From a plasmid: a stretch of DNA of 64,000 bases. The notes below the pieces were generated by a model. It was not told where the DNA came from, ran no database searches, and saw nothing but the letters and a program-made list of their open reading frames with translations. Positions 36,938 through 46,097 of the stretch are shown here, in pieces. Where the stretch lies: sequence record NZ_CP119397.1; one strand, given 5' to 3'. The position numbers were made by a program, and so were the translations under genes. Position 1 is the stretch's first letter. Each line of letters starts with the position of its first letter.

Positions 36938-37657
36938 ATGATCGAGCAAAGACTGTCTGAACAACGTGGCCAGGGTAATCACGGCTGGCTGAACTCATAC
37001 CACACCTTCTCGTTCGCGGGTTACTGGGATCCGAAACAGACCGGTTTCTCTGACCTGTTGGTGATTAATGATGACCGGGTTGCACCGTCACGCGGTTTCG
37101 GGGCGCACGCCCACAACAATATGGAGATCATCTCCTATGTGCTGGAAGGGGCGCTGGCGCACAAAGACTCCATGGGCACCGGCTCGGTGATTGTCCCTGG
37201 TGATGTGCAGCTGATGAGCGCCGGTGCCGGCGTCACGCACAGCGAGTTCAACCACTCCACCCGCGACGGCGTGCACTTCCTGCAAATCTGGATTGTGCCG
37301 GATGAAAAGAACACCACGCCGGGCTACCAGCAGGTGTCAGTACCGGACAGTGAAAAACGCGGCCAGCTGCGCCTGATCGTCTCGCCGGACGGCAGCAACG
37401 GGGCGCTGCGGGTGCGGCAGGATGTGAAAATCTACGCCGGGCTGTTTGATGGCGATGAGCAGCAGACGTTTGCGCTCGGGCAGAACCGCTACGCCTACAT
37501 CCATGTGGCACGCGGCAGCGTGAACATCAACGGTATCGCGTTTACCGCCGGTGACGGTGCGCGCGTCCGGGATGAGGCCTCGCTGACCTTCAGCGGCGGC
37601 GACCAGGCGGAAGTGCTGTTGTTTGACCTGCGCCCGCTGGAAGTCAATCACCCGTAA
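36938..37657 (+). CDS. pirin-family protein (YhhW-like, quercetinase-type cupin)
   Basis: GFGAHAHNNMEIISYVLEGALAHKDSMG matches the pirin N-terminal cupin HxHxxxE motif. About 240 aa. Confidence 0.8.
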   Translation: MIEQRLSEQRGQGNHGWLNSYHTFSFAGYWDPKQTGFSDLLVINDDRVAPSRGFGAHAHNNMEIISYVLEGALAHKDSMGTGSVIVPGDVQLMSAGAGVTHSEFNHSTRDGVHFLQIWIVPDEKNTTPGYQQVSVPDSEKRGQLRLIVSPDGSNGALRVRQDVKIYAGLFDGDEQQTFALGQNRYAYIHVARGSVNINGIAFTAGDGARVRDEASLTFSGGDQAEVLLFDLRPLEVNHP

Positions 37658-37715
37658 GTCTTGAGGCCTACCCGGCCACCCGCTGCAAAGCGGGTGGCTT
37701 TTTTATGCCCGGCGT

Positions 37716-38633
37716 TCACAGCCGGAAACCGCCCTGCTGCAACTCCGCTTCCACCCAGCGGATAAAGGTGCTGACGTTGGCGCTGCGCTCATTGCTGTGC
37801 GGCATCACCAGATGGTGGGCATTCACCGGCAGCGTGAACGCCTCCCCAAACACCGGCACCAGCAAACCGTCACGCACATAGCCCTGGCTCAGCATGGCGC
37901 TCTCCAGAATCACCCCCAGCCCCATCACCGCTGCCTCAAAACTCATGTATGACCGGTCAAAACTCAGCCCGTAATGCGAGGCGTAACGCGGCGTATTGTG
38001 GTACTCGAACCATTTCTCCCAGTTCAGCAGGGTGCTGGTGGAGTGGATAAGCTCACAGCCCAGCAGGTCATGCGGCGTCGCGACCGGGTGGCGGCGCAGA
38101 TAGTCCGGCGAGGCGAGCACCATCACCCGGTCATTCTTGATGGTCATCACGCGGTAGGCGTCCCAGTCGGGGATGCCGTGCCGGATATCAATATCGATAT
38201 TGTCGCGCGAAAATTGCAGGTTTTCATAAGAGCAGGAGAGATTAATCGTGATCTCCGGGTGCTGTTCCCGGAATGCGCCTAACCGCTTCATCAGCCAGAT
38301 TAAACCGAATGAAGGCGAGGAGTGAACCCGCAAGGTTTGCTGGGCACTGTCATTAATCAGCTGGTCGGTGGCCCGGCCAATAATACTCATTGCCCCGGAG
38401 ACCTCTTTTAAATATTTCTCTGCCGTTTTGGTCAGCGCAACCCCTTTTCCGTTACGGATAAAAAGTTTTTTCCCAATGAATTTTTCCAGGGCGGCAATCT
38501 GATGGCTGACGGCCGACGGCGTAATATTCAGCTGCTCCGCCGCGGTATGGATACTGAGCGTATTGGCGACTTCCAGGAATGACTGGATATTCCTGAGCGA
38601 GGGAAGCGGCAGGTTTTTTTGTCATGCGCTGTC
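37716..38633 (-). pseudogene. LysR/GcvA-like regulator interrupted by a 1-nt frameshift in a homopolymeric A7 tract (plus-strand T7 at ~38614..38620)
   Basis: C-terminal substrate-binding part = ORF 37716..38390. The HTH part (LPLPSLRNIQSFLEVANTLSIHTAAEQLNITPSAVSHQIAALE) is in the same frame upstream, but both candidate ATGs are out of frame by one base across the A7 run. Confidence 0.5.
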
Positions 38634-38911
38634 ATGGTTTACTCCGCTAAGCAATAAGCTGATGGCCGAGTGTGGTTGATTTCGCTGATAAAAGTCGCCT
38701 GCTTGACGCCAGAGTGTGACGCAATGCACAAAATAGCCGCCTGCGCCTTTTTACTCCGTTTTTATGACGCCGCTCATGCCTCAAATTTTTCTCAGCTATA
38801 AATGAGATTCCTTAACTTCTGTTTTAGCGCAATGCCGTTATATTCGTATTTCACGCTAATGAGCCGAACCGAAAATCATAAAAAACGGTTGTTCTTATTA
38901 AGAGGTAAACC

Positions 38912-40261
38912 ATGTCTCGCATAGAACACGCTGTCCCTTACACTGCTGCTAAAAAAACGAATTATCGGTTTGTGGTGCTGTCGCTGATTTTTATTGTGTA
39001 TGCGATTAATTACGCGGATCGCACAAACATCGGCGCGGTATTGCCTTTTATCATCGATGAATTCCATATCAATAATTTCGAGGCGGGTGCCATCGCCAGT
39101 ATGTTTTTCCTGGGCTATTCGCTCAGCCAGATCCCGGCCGGCTTTTTTATCGCGAAAAAGGGCATCCGGGATCTGGTGGCGCTGTCGGTGCTTGGTTTCT
39201 CCGCCTTCACCTGGCTGATGGGCACTGCCGGTTCCGTGCTGGGGCTGAAGTGCATCCGCCTCGGGCTGGGGCTGACCGAAGGCCCCTGCCCGGTGGGGCT
39301 GGCCTCCACCATCAACAACTGGTTCCCGGCCAAAGAGAAAGCCACCGCAACCGGCGTCTATATCGCGGCCACCATGTTCGCGCCGATTATCGTGCCGCCG
39401 CTGGCAGTCTGGATCGCCGTGACCTGGGGCTGGCGCTGGGTCTTTTTCTCCTTTGCCATTCCCGGCCTGATTGTGGCGGCAGCCTGGTACCTGCTGGTGA
39501 GAACCCGCCCGTCGGAGAGCCGGTTTGTGTCAGAGGCGGAGCAGGCGTTCATCAGTGACGAACAGGCGCACCACAGCACCGCACACCAGAACAGCACGGC
39601 GCGGCCGAACATCGTGACAGCGCCCCGTTTCACCCTGCTGGACAAGCTTATCCGCGTGAAGGCGCTGACGCCGGTGGCGACCGTGAAGGGGCTGTTTACC
39701 TCACGCAATATCCTGGGCGACTGCCTGGCCTATTTCATGATGGTCAGCGTGCTTTATGGGCTGCTGACCTGGATCCCGCTCTACCTGGTCAAGGAGAAAG
39801 GTTTCACCTTTATCAGCATGGGGCTGGTGGCGAGTATGCCGTGCATCGGCGGCTTTATCGGGGCGATCACCGGCGGGTTTATCTCAGACAAACTGCTGGG
39901 CCGCCGCAGAAAACCCACCATGATGTTCACCGCCGTAACGACCGTGGTGATGATGCTGATCATGCTGAATATCCCCGGCAGTACCGTCGCCGTCTGCACC
40001 GGGCTGTTCTTTGTCGGCTTCTGCCTGAACATCGGCTGGCCCGCCTTTACCGCCTACGGCATGGCGGTGGCGGACAGCAAAACCTACCCCATCGCCGCCT
40101 CCATCATCAACAGCGGCGGCAACCTCGGCGGCTTTGTGTCACCGATGGCGGCCGGTTTCCTGCTGGACTACACCGGCGGCTTCAACGCGGTCTTTATTTA
40201 CTTCGGCATCTGCGCCGCCCTCGGCCTGCTGATTATTTGCACACTCGACGAACCGAAATAA
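38912..40261 (+). CDS. MFS transporter, anion:cation symporter (ACS) family (ExuT/DgoT-like sugar-acid permease)
   Basis: Conserved ACS-family N-terminus (YRFVVLSLIFIVYAINYADRTNIGAVLPFI, GAIASMFFLGYSLSQIPAG). 12 TM. Confidence 0.8.
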   Translation: MSRIEHAVPYTAAKKTNYRFVVLSLIFIVYAINYADRTNIGAVLPFIIDEFHINNFEAGAIASMFFLGYSLSQIPAGFFIAKKGIRDLVALSVLGFSAFTWLMGTAGSVLGLKCIRLGLGLTEGPCPVGLASTINNWFPAKEKATATGVYIAATMFAPIIVPPLAVWIAVTWGWRWVFFSFAIPGLIVAAAWYLLVRTRPSESRFVSEAEQAFISDEQAHHSTAHQNSTARPNIVTAPRFTLLDKLIRVKALTPVATVKGLFTSRNILGDCLAYFMMVSVLYGLLTWIPLYLVKEKGFTFISMGLVASMPCIGGFIGAITGGFISDKLLGRRRKPTMMFTAVTTVVMMLIMLNIPGSTVAVCTGLFFVGFCLNIGWPAFTAYGMAVADSKTYPIAASIINSGGNLGGFVSPMAAGFLLDYTGGFNAVFIYFGICAALGLLIICTLDEPK

Positions 40262-40307
40262 CCGTCACTGATAACCCGTTCTTACTTTCTTTATCCGGAG
40301 CTTACTT

Positions 40308-41057
40308 ATGTTGTTAAAAGATAAAGTCGCCGTTATTACCGGCGCGGCCTCCCCACGCGGCCTGGGTTTTGCCACCGCCAGACTCTTTGCGGAACAGGGT
40401 GCCAACGTGGTGATTATCGACCTGGATGCCGCGGCCAGCCGGCAGGCCGCCGCGACGCTTGGCGACGCGCACCTGGGGCTGATGGCCAACGTGGCGGATG
40501 AGGCGCAGGTGAGCGCGGCCGTCGAGCAGGTGCTGGGCCGCTACGGCCGCATCGATATTCTGGTGAACAATGCCGGGATCACGCAGCCGATCAAAACCCT
40601 GGACATCAAACGCGACAACTACGACGCCGTGCTGGATGTCAGCCTGCGCGGCACGCTGCTGATGTCCCAGGCGGTGCTGCCGGCGATGCGCACGCAACAG
40701 GGCGGCAGCATCGTCTGCATCTCCTCGGTGTCCGCCCAGCGCGGCGGCGGGATCTTCGGCGGCCCGCACTACAGCGCGGCCAAAGCCGGGGTGCTGGGGC
40801 TGGCGCGCGCCATGGCGCGGGAGTTCGGCCCTGACAACATCCGGGTCAACTGCATCGCGCCGGGGCTGATTCAGACCGACATCACCGCCGGCAAACTCTC
40901 CGATGAGATGAAACAGACCATCCTGAGCGGCATCCCGCTCAACCGCCTGGGCGATGCACAGGATGTGGCGCGCGCCGCGCTGTTCCTCGGCAGCGATCTC
41001 TCTTCTTACTCCACCGGGATCACGCTGGACGTGAACGGCGGCATGTTAATCCACTAA
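40308..41057 (+). CDS. SDR-family oxidoreductase (FabG-like)
   Basis: TGAASPRGLG cofactor motif. YSAAK catalytic motif. Confidence 0.8.
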   Translation: MLLKDKVAVITGAASPRGLGFATARLFAEQGANVVIIDLDAAASRQAAATLGDAHLGLMANVADEAQVSAAVEQVLGRYGRIDILVNNAGITQPIKTLDIKRDNYDAVLDVSLRGTLLMSQAVLPAMRTQQGGSIVCISSVSAQRGGGIFGGPHYSAAKAGVLGLARAMAREFGPDNIRVNCIAPGLIQTDITAGKLSDEMKQTILSGIPLNRLGDAQDVARAALFLGSDLSSYSTGITLDVNGGMLIH

Positions 41058-41070
41058 GCGAGGCTGCACC

Positions 41071-41940
41071 ATGTCCCAGATTGATACCGAAAACACCGTG
41101 ACCGGCATTGAGGCGGTGGCCGCCGCCGCGTGGCGCATCCGCCGTTACGCCCTGCGGATGGGCGAAGTCCAGGGCCAGGGCTATATCGGCCAGGCGCTGG
41201 GTTACGCGGATGTGCTGGCGGCAGCCTTCAGCCACGCCATGACCTACCGCCCGGAGGAGCCGGCGTGGGAGGGGCGCGACCGTTTCCTGCTTTCCCACGG
41301 CCATTACGCCATCGCCTGTTATGCCGCGCTGATTGAGGCGGGCATCATCCCGGAAGCGGAGCTGGAGACCTACGGCTTTGATGACAGCCGCCTGCCGATG
41401 TCCGGCATGGCGACCTACACCCCCGGCATGGAGATCTCCGGCGGCTCGCTGGGCCAGGGGCTGACCATCGCGGTCGGCATGGCGCTGGGGCTGAAGCAGA
41501 AGCGCAGTGCCTCCTGGGTGATCAACTCCATGTCAGACGGCGAGCTGGACGAGGGCGCGGTCTGGGAAGCCGCGCTCTCAGCGGCGCACTACGGGCTGGA
41601 TAACCTTATCAACCTGGTGGACATCAACCGCCAGCAGGCGGACGGCGACTCACGCAAAATTCTGGGCTTCGAGCCGCTGGAGGAGAAGTGGGCTGCGTTT
41701 GGCTGGTATGTGCAGCGCGTCAACGGCAACGACCTGCCGGCGGTGATCCGGGCGTTTGATAACGCGAAACAGTGCCCGGAAAACCAGCCGCGGGTGATCC
41801 TGTGCGACACCCTGATGGGCAAAGGGGTGCCGTTCCTGGAGACCCGCGACAAGAACCACTTTATCCGTGTTGATGCCGATGAATGGCAAAAAGCCCTCGC
41901 GGTGCTGGATGCCAACACCCCCACAGGAGCGCACTTATGA
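41071..41940 (+). CDS. transketolase, N-terminal (TPP-binding) subunit
   Basis: GHYAIACYAALIEAG, GSLGQGL, SDGELDEG. Confidence 0.85.
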   Translation: MSQIDTENTVTGIEAVAAAAWRIRRYALRMGEVQGQGYIGQALGYADVLAAAFSHAMTYRPEEPAWEGRDRFLLSHGHYAIACYAALIEAGIIPEAELETYGFDDSRLPMSGMATYTPGMEISGGSLGQGLTIAVGMALGLKQKRSASWVINSMSDGELDEGAVWEAALSAAHYGLDNLINLVDINRQQADGDSRKILGFEPLEEKWAAFGWYVQRVNGNDLPAVIRAFDNAKQCPENQPRVILCDTLMGKGVPFLETRDKNHFIRVDADEWQKALAVLDANTPTGAHL

Positions 41941-42938
41941 GCCAGACCACCCAGACCAAACCCCGCCTGACCACCTCCGCGATGATTGCCTCGATTGCTG
42001 AAGAGGGGCAGGCCACGCGCGCGGCACCGTTCGGCCATGCGCTGGTGCAACTGGCGAAGCAGCACCCGGAGATTGTCGGCATGACGGCCGACCTGTCGAA
42101 ATATACTGACCTGCACATTTTCGCCCAGGCTTACCCGGAACGTTTTTTCCAGATGGGCATGGCGGAACAGTTGCTGATGGGGGCCGCGGGCGGCATGGCG
42201 AAAGAGGGGTTTATCCCGTTTGTCACCACTTATGCGGTGTTTGCCACCCGCCGCGCTTATGACTTTATCCACCAGGTGATCGCGGAAGAGCACCTGAATG
42301 TCAAAATCTGCGCGGCACTGCCGGGGCTGACCACCGGTTACGGCCCGAGCCACCAGGCGACGGAGGATCTGGCGATAATGCGCGGCATCCCGGGCATGAC
42401 AATCATCGACCCGTGCGATGCCCTGGAGATTGAGCAGGCCGTCCCGGCGATGGCCGCCCATGCCGGGCCGGTCTATATGCGTTTGCTGCGCGGCAAAGTG
42501 CCGGTAGTGCTGGACAAATACGACTACCGGTTTGAAATCGGCAAAGCGCGGCTGTTGGAAGAGGGAAATGATGTGCTGATCATCTCCTCCGGCATCATGA
42601 CCATGCGTGCGCTGGAGGCAGCGGAGAAACTGCGCAAAGACAACGTCAGCGTGGCGGTGCTGCACGTGCCGACCATCAAGCCGCTCGATGAGAAAACCCT
42701 CCTTGAACAGGCCGCCAGACCGGGGCGGCTGGTGTTGACGGCCGAAAACCACACCCAGCCAGGCGGGCTGGGCGAGGCGGTGGCTGCCCTGCTGATGCGC
42801 AATAAAGTCTGGGCGGATTTCGATGCCATCGGCCTGCCCGACGCGTTCCTCGATGCCGGCGCCCTGCCGACCCTGCACGACCGATACGGCATCTCCACTG
42901 CCCGCATGGTGGAGAAAATCAAACAGCGGCTGGGGTAA
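41937..42938 (+). CDS. transketolase, C-terminal (pyrimidine-binding) subunit
   Basis: ATGA overlap with the N-subunit. FQMGMAEQ motif. About 330 aa. Confidence 0.85.
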   Translation: MSQTTQTKPRLTTSAMIASIAEEGQATRAAPFGHALVQLAKQHPEIVGMTADLSKYTDLHIFAQAYPERFFQMGMAEQLLMGAAGGMAKEGFIPFVTTYAVFATRRAYDFIHQVIAEEHLNVKICAALPGLTTGYGPSHQATEDLAIMRGIPGMTIIDPCDALEIEQAVPAMAAHAGPVYMRLLRGKVPVVLDKYDYRFEIGKARLLEEGNDVLIISSGIMTMRALEAAEKLRKDNVSVAVLHVPTIKPLDEKTLLEQAARPGRLVLTAENHTQPGGLGEAVAALLMRNKVWADFDAIGLPDAFLDAGALPTLHDRYGISTARMVEKIKQRLG

Positions 42939-43062
42939 TCTCCCCGATTCTTTTTCCCCCGCGGCGGCGGGGGTTGTCATTCTCTTCGCCTCCCTCGCAA
43001 TGGCACCTCTGCTATAACACACAAACATTTTAAGGTTTTTCATGGCCGGACTGTTTCCTAAC

Positions 43063-43344
43063 GTGATAAAAAGTTAGAAACATAAGGGCTTACAAAAACT
43101 TTTTGAAAAAGGCGATACAAGCGGAGTCCAGGCAAAAGATGTGGATCGCATTAAACTCCGTTTGCTGGTACTTGATGAGGCGGCAACCATTGATGAATTT
43201 AAGCATTATCCCGGCTTTAAATTTCATTCGTTGAAGGGGGACAGACAAAACCTTTTTGCGATTACCGTCCGCGCCAATTGGCGGATCACCTTCGAATTTA
43301 AAGAGGGTGATGCCTATATACTTAATCTTGGGGACTACCACTGA
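43063..43344 (+). pseudogene. higB: higB-type (COG3549 'killer protein') toxin gene with premature TAG at codon 5
   Basis: Frame reads V-I-K-S-*(TAG 43075..43077)-KHKGLQKLFEKGDTSGVQAKDVDRIKLRL...RANWRITFEFKEGDAYILNLGDYH. It aligns with HigB MIKSFKHKGLKLLFEKG...RANWRITF...GDAYILNYEDYH, with TAG where F/Y is expected. Confidence 0.55.
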
Positions 43345-43374
43345 TGACCATGATTACCCCCCCATCCGGGCGGC

Positions 43375-43644
43375 TTGATCGCGGAATACCTGGAAGACTA
43401 TGGCGTCAGCCTCCGGGCCCTGGCGCGTGACCTGGATGTCTCTCCCTCGGCCTTGAGCAAGGTCGCGACAGGTAAAACGGCGATCAGTCCCGATATGGCC
43501 CTCCGCCTTGAGGCAGGGTTAGGCATTGCCGCTCGCCTGTGGCTGGCAATGCAGGCCGCCTATGACCTCAGCCGCGCCCGCGCCGTGCTCGACCTGTCGC
43601 GGGTTGTGCCCTCGCCCCACACGCACAATGCACTGACGCATTAA
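43375..43644 (+). CDS. higA: HigA-type HTH (XRE) antitoxin, N-terminus out of frame because of a C7 tract (43357..43363)
   Basis: ATG at 43344 overlaps the higB stop, but after MTMITP the frame is +1 relative to the conserved body (LIAEYLEDYGVSLRALARDLDVSPSALSKVATGKTAIS...). Removing one C restores MTMITPHPGGLIAEYLEDYG.., a typical HigA N-terminus. In the present frame only a TTG start is available. Confidence 0.55.
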   Translation: MIAEYLEDYGVSLRALARDLDVSPSALSKVATGKTAISPDMALRLEAGLGIAARLWLAMQAAYDLSRARAVLDLSRVVPSPHTHNALTH

Positions 43645-43652
43645 GCAAGAAG

Positions 43653-43676
43653 CCCGCGGTTATGCGGGCTTATTAA
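43653..43676 (+). terminator. hairpin aagcccgcggttatgcgggctt
   Basis: Stem-loop immediately after higA. Confidence 0.45.
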
Positions 43677-43846
43677 CGGATATCCTTAATGATTTCCTCC
43701 CGTCATCTCTGACATTTCATACCCTTCAGCATCTTCCCGCAGATAAAAGTGATAACGGACACGTTTGCACAGCCAGGATATAGGCAAGAGGCCTCTGTAA
43801 AATTATGCTTGGCACGCTGAGCAGGCGTAAGAATCAGGAGGGAAAC

Positions 43847-44077
43847 ATGAAAACCGACGCTATGTTTAAAAAGGGCAGTAACCGGGCGGTATGCCCTTCC
43901 CGGCATGTGAACAAGGAAGGTGGCGACGAAACTGAAATCATCCAGGGTGATGATTCCACTCTGTTGCCGCAGGCTAAACCCAGCTGGGGATCGTTTGCCA
44001 AAGAACGGCGCGCTGACGCAGACTTTATGACGACACGCGAGGATGTTATCAGCAACGCGGCGCGTGTTAATCGGTAA
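43847..44077 (+). CDS. hypothetical small protein
   Basis: 76-aa ORF with a strong AGGAGG RBS 7 nt upstream of ATG. No recognisable motif. Confidence 0.3.
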   Translation: MKTDAMFKKGSNRAVCPSRHVNKEGGDETEIIQGDDSTLLPQAKPSWGSFAKERRADADFMTTREDVISNAARVNR

Positions 44078-44236
44078 GCTCAGGGATACCCCCTCGCTGT
44101 TTTTATCATCGGTAGACACTTGTTCCCTGCCCCACCCATTCCCCATCACAGAACAACCCATTCATTATTATTCACTACAAAAGAACAATAATCAGTTTTA
44201 CAGTAGGCTCACACTCTTAAAACAGCGAGCCGAATC

Positions 44237-45625
44237 ATGCAAATGTCCTCCGATACCCACGCATTTTCTGTTAACCCCGCCAACGGTGAAAAGATTGCCG
44301 CCTATCCGTTTGTGACGGCTGACCAGATCGATCAGGCCGTTGAGAATAACTACCGCGCTTACCAGCAATGGCGCGCCCTGCCGCTGGCGGCGCGGGCGCA
44401 AAAGCTGCGCGATCTGGCCGTCTCACTGCGTGCCCATGCGGAACCGCTGGCGCTGATGATAACGCTGGAGATGGGCAAGCCGGTGAACCAGGCGCGCGCC
44501 GAGGTGGAGAAGTCCGCCGCACTGTGTGACTGGTATGCCGAGCATGGCCCGGCGATGCTGGCAACGGAACCGACCCTGGTGGAAAACCAGAACGCGGTGA
44601 TTGAATACCGCCCGCTTGGCCCGCTGCTGGCGGTGATGCCGTGGAACTTCCCGCTCTGGCAGGTGCTGCGCGGCGCGGTGCCGAGCCTGCTGGCAGGCAA
44701 CAGCTATGTACTGAAACATGCGCCGAATGTGCTCGGCAGCGCGCAACTGATTGAGAACATTTTCCTGCATGCCGGGTTCCCGGCCCATCTGTTTACCCAA
44801 CTGAACGCCACCAATGAAGGCGTGAGCCAAATCATCAACCATCCGCGCATTGCAGCGGTGATGGTGACCGGCAGCGGCCGGGCCGGCAGCGCCATTGCCG
44901 CCCAGGCGGGTGCCGCGCTGAAAAAATGCGTGCTGGAGCTTGGCGGTTCCGATCCGTTTATCGTCCTGAACGATGCCGATCTGGATGAGGCCGTGAAAGC
45001 CGCCGTCGCCGGGCGTTACCAGAACAGCGGTCAGGTGTGTGCGGCGGCCAAGCGCTTTATCGTGGAAGCCGGGATCGCCGCGCGCTTTACGGAGAAATTT
45101 GTTGCGGCAGTACGTGCCATCAAAATGGGCGACCCGCGCGAGGCTGAGCACTATGTCGGGCCGATGGCGCGTTATGACCTGCGTGACGAGCTGCATCAAC
45201 AGGTTCAGGACTCCCTGGCACAGGGCGCGACGTTGCTGCTCGGCGGTGACAAGCTGGCCGGCGCAGGCAACTACTACCTGCCGACGGTGCTGGGCAACGT
45301 GACCCCGGAGATGACCGCATTCCGTCAGGAGCTGTTCGGCCCGGTGGCCGCCATCAGCGTGGCGCAGGATGCCGACCACGCGCTGGCGCTGGCGAATGAC
45401 AGCGAGTTCGGCCTGATGGCGACGATTTACACCGCCGATGCGCAGCGCGCAGAACAGATGGCAGCCGCGCTGGAGTGCGGCGGCGTGTTCATCAACGGCT
45501 ACAGCGCCAGTGACCCGCGCGTGGCGTTCGGCGGCGTGAAGAAAAGCGGCTTTGGCCGGGAGCTTTCCCATTTTGGCCTGCATGAGTTCTGCAACATCCA
45601 GACCGTATGGAAAAACCGCCGTTGA
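44237..45625 (+). CDS. NAD(P)+-dependent aldehyde dehydrogenase (succinate-semialdehyde dehydrogenase-like, Sad/YneI type)
   Basis: ALDH superfamily. MPWNFP, GSGRAGSAIA, catalytic Cys in GQVCAAAKR, ELGGSDP. Confidence 0.85.
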   Translation: MQMSSDTHAFSVNPANGEKIAAYPFVTADQIDQAVENNYRAYQQWRALPLAARAQKLRDLAVSLRAHAEPLALMITLEMGKPVNQARAEVEKSAALCDWYAEHGPAMLATEPTLVENQNAVIEYRPLGPLLAVMPWNFPLWQVLRGAVPSLLAGNSYVLKHAPNVLGSAQLIENIFLHAGFPAHLFTQLNATNEGVSQIINHPRIAAVMVTGSGRAGSAIAAQAGAALKKCVLELGGSDPFIVLNDADLDEAVKAAVAGRYQNSGQVCAAAKRFIVEAGIAARFTEKFVAAVRAIKMGDPREAEHYVGPMARYDLRDELHQQVQDSLAQGATLLLGGDKLAGAGNYYLPTVLGNVTPEMTAFRQELFGPVAAISVAQDADHALALANDSEFGLMATIYTADAQRAEQMAAALECGGVFINGYSASDPRVAFGGVKKSGFGRELSHFGLHEFCNIQTVWKNRR

Positions 45626-45758
45626 CCGGTTGCCGGGGGTGCCGCGCCCCCGGATCGCATAAATGAATAATCCTCATAACAGCATTATCGCTAGGCTGCT
45701 AAGCGATAAGCCTGCGATTGCCTATACTTGGCAAAGTCTGTGTTAAAGGAGAGAGAAA

Positions 45759-45986
45759 ATGCCCCATGTGCTTGTAAAACTGGTACCCGGTAAAACCGAG
45801 GAGCAAAAACGCGCGTTGACCGACGCCATCTCCCAGAGCGTACAACAACATCTCGGCTCCACCGAGGATGAAGTCTCCGTGGCGTTTGAAGAGGTGCCGA
45901 TGGATCAATGGGCTGAGACGGTCTATCGCCCTGAAATCGTCGGCGCGGCGGATAAACTCTATAAAAAGCCCGGTTATACGCTGTGA
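45759..45986 (+). CDS. tautomerase-family protein (4-OT/PptA-like)
   Basis: 75 aa beginning MPHVLVKLVPG. N-terminal Pro1 after Met removal is characteristic of the family. AAGGAGAG RBS. Confidence 0.65.
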   Translation: MPHVLVKLVPGKTEEQKRALTDAISQSVQQHLGSTEDEVSVAFEEVPMDQWAETVYRPEIVGAADKLYKKPGYTL

Positions 45987-46097
45987 TCGTGGCCTGCCTG
46001 ACCGGGCAGGCACGCACAAACCTGATTCTTACATTACGCTGTATACGGGCGCCGCGAGGGTGTCCGTTTTCTTTTTTACATCAAGAGGTGGTAAACA

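Noticed and set aside
43703-44161. 152-aa minus-strand ORF
   Set aside because: It has no RBS. It is antisense to a small plus-strand ORF that has a strong AGGAGG RBS, and it overlaps the higA terminator region.
44423-45583. 386-aa antisense ORF inside the aldehyde dehydrogenase gene, and similar cases (41589..43043 -, 56450..57946 -, 8805..9773 -, 53959..54867 +)
   Set aside because: The sense-strand genes have unambiguous conserved motifs. The antisense products are Arg/His/Gln-rich low-complexity sequences.
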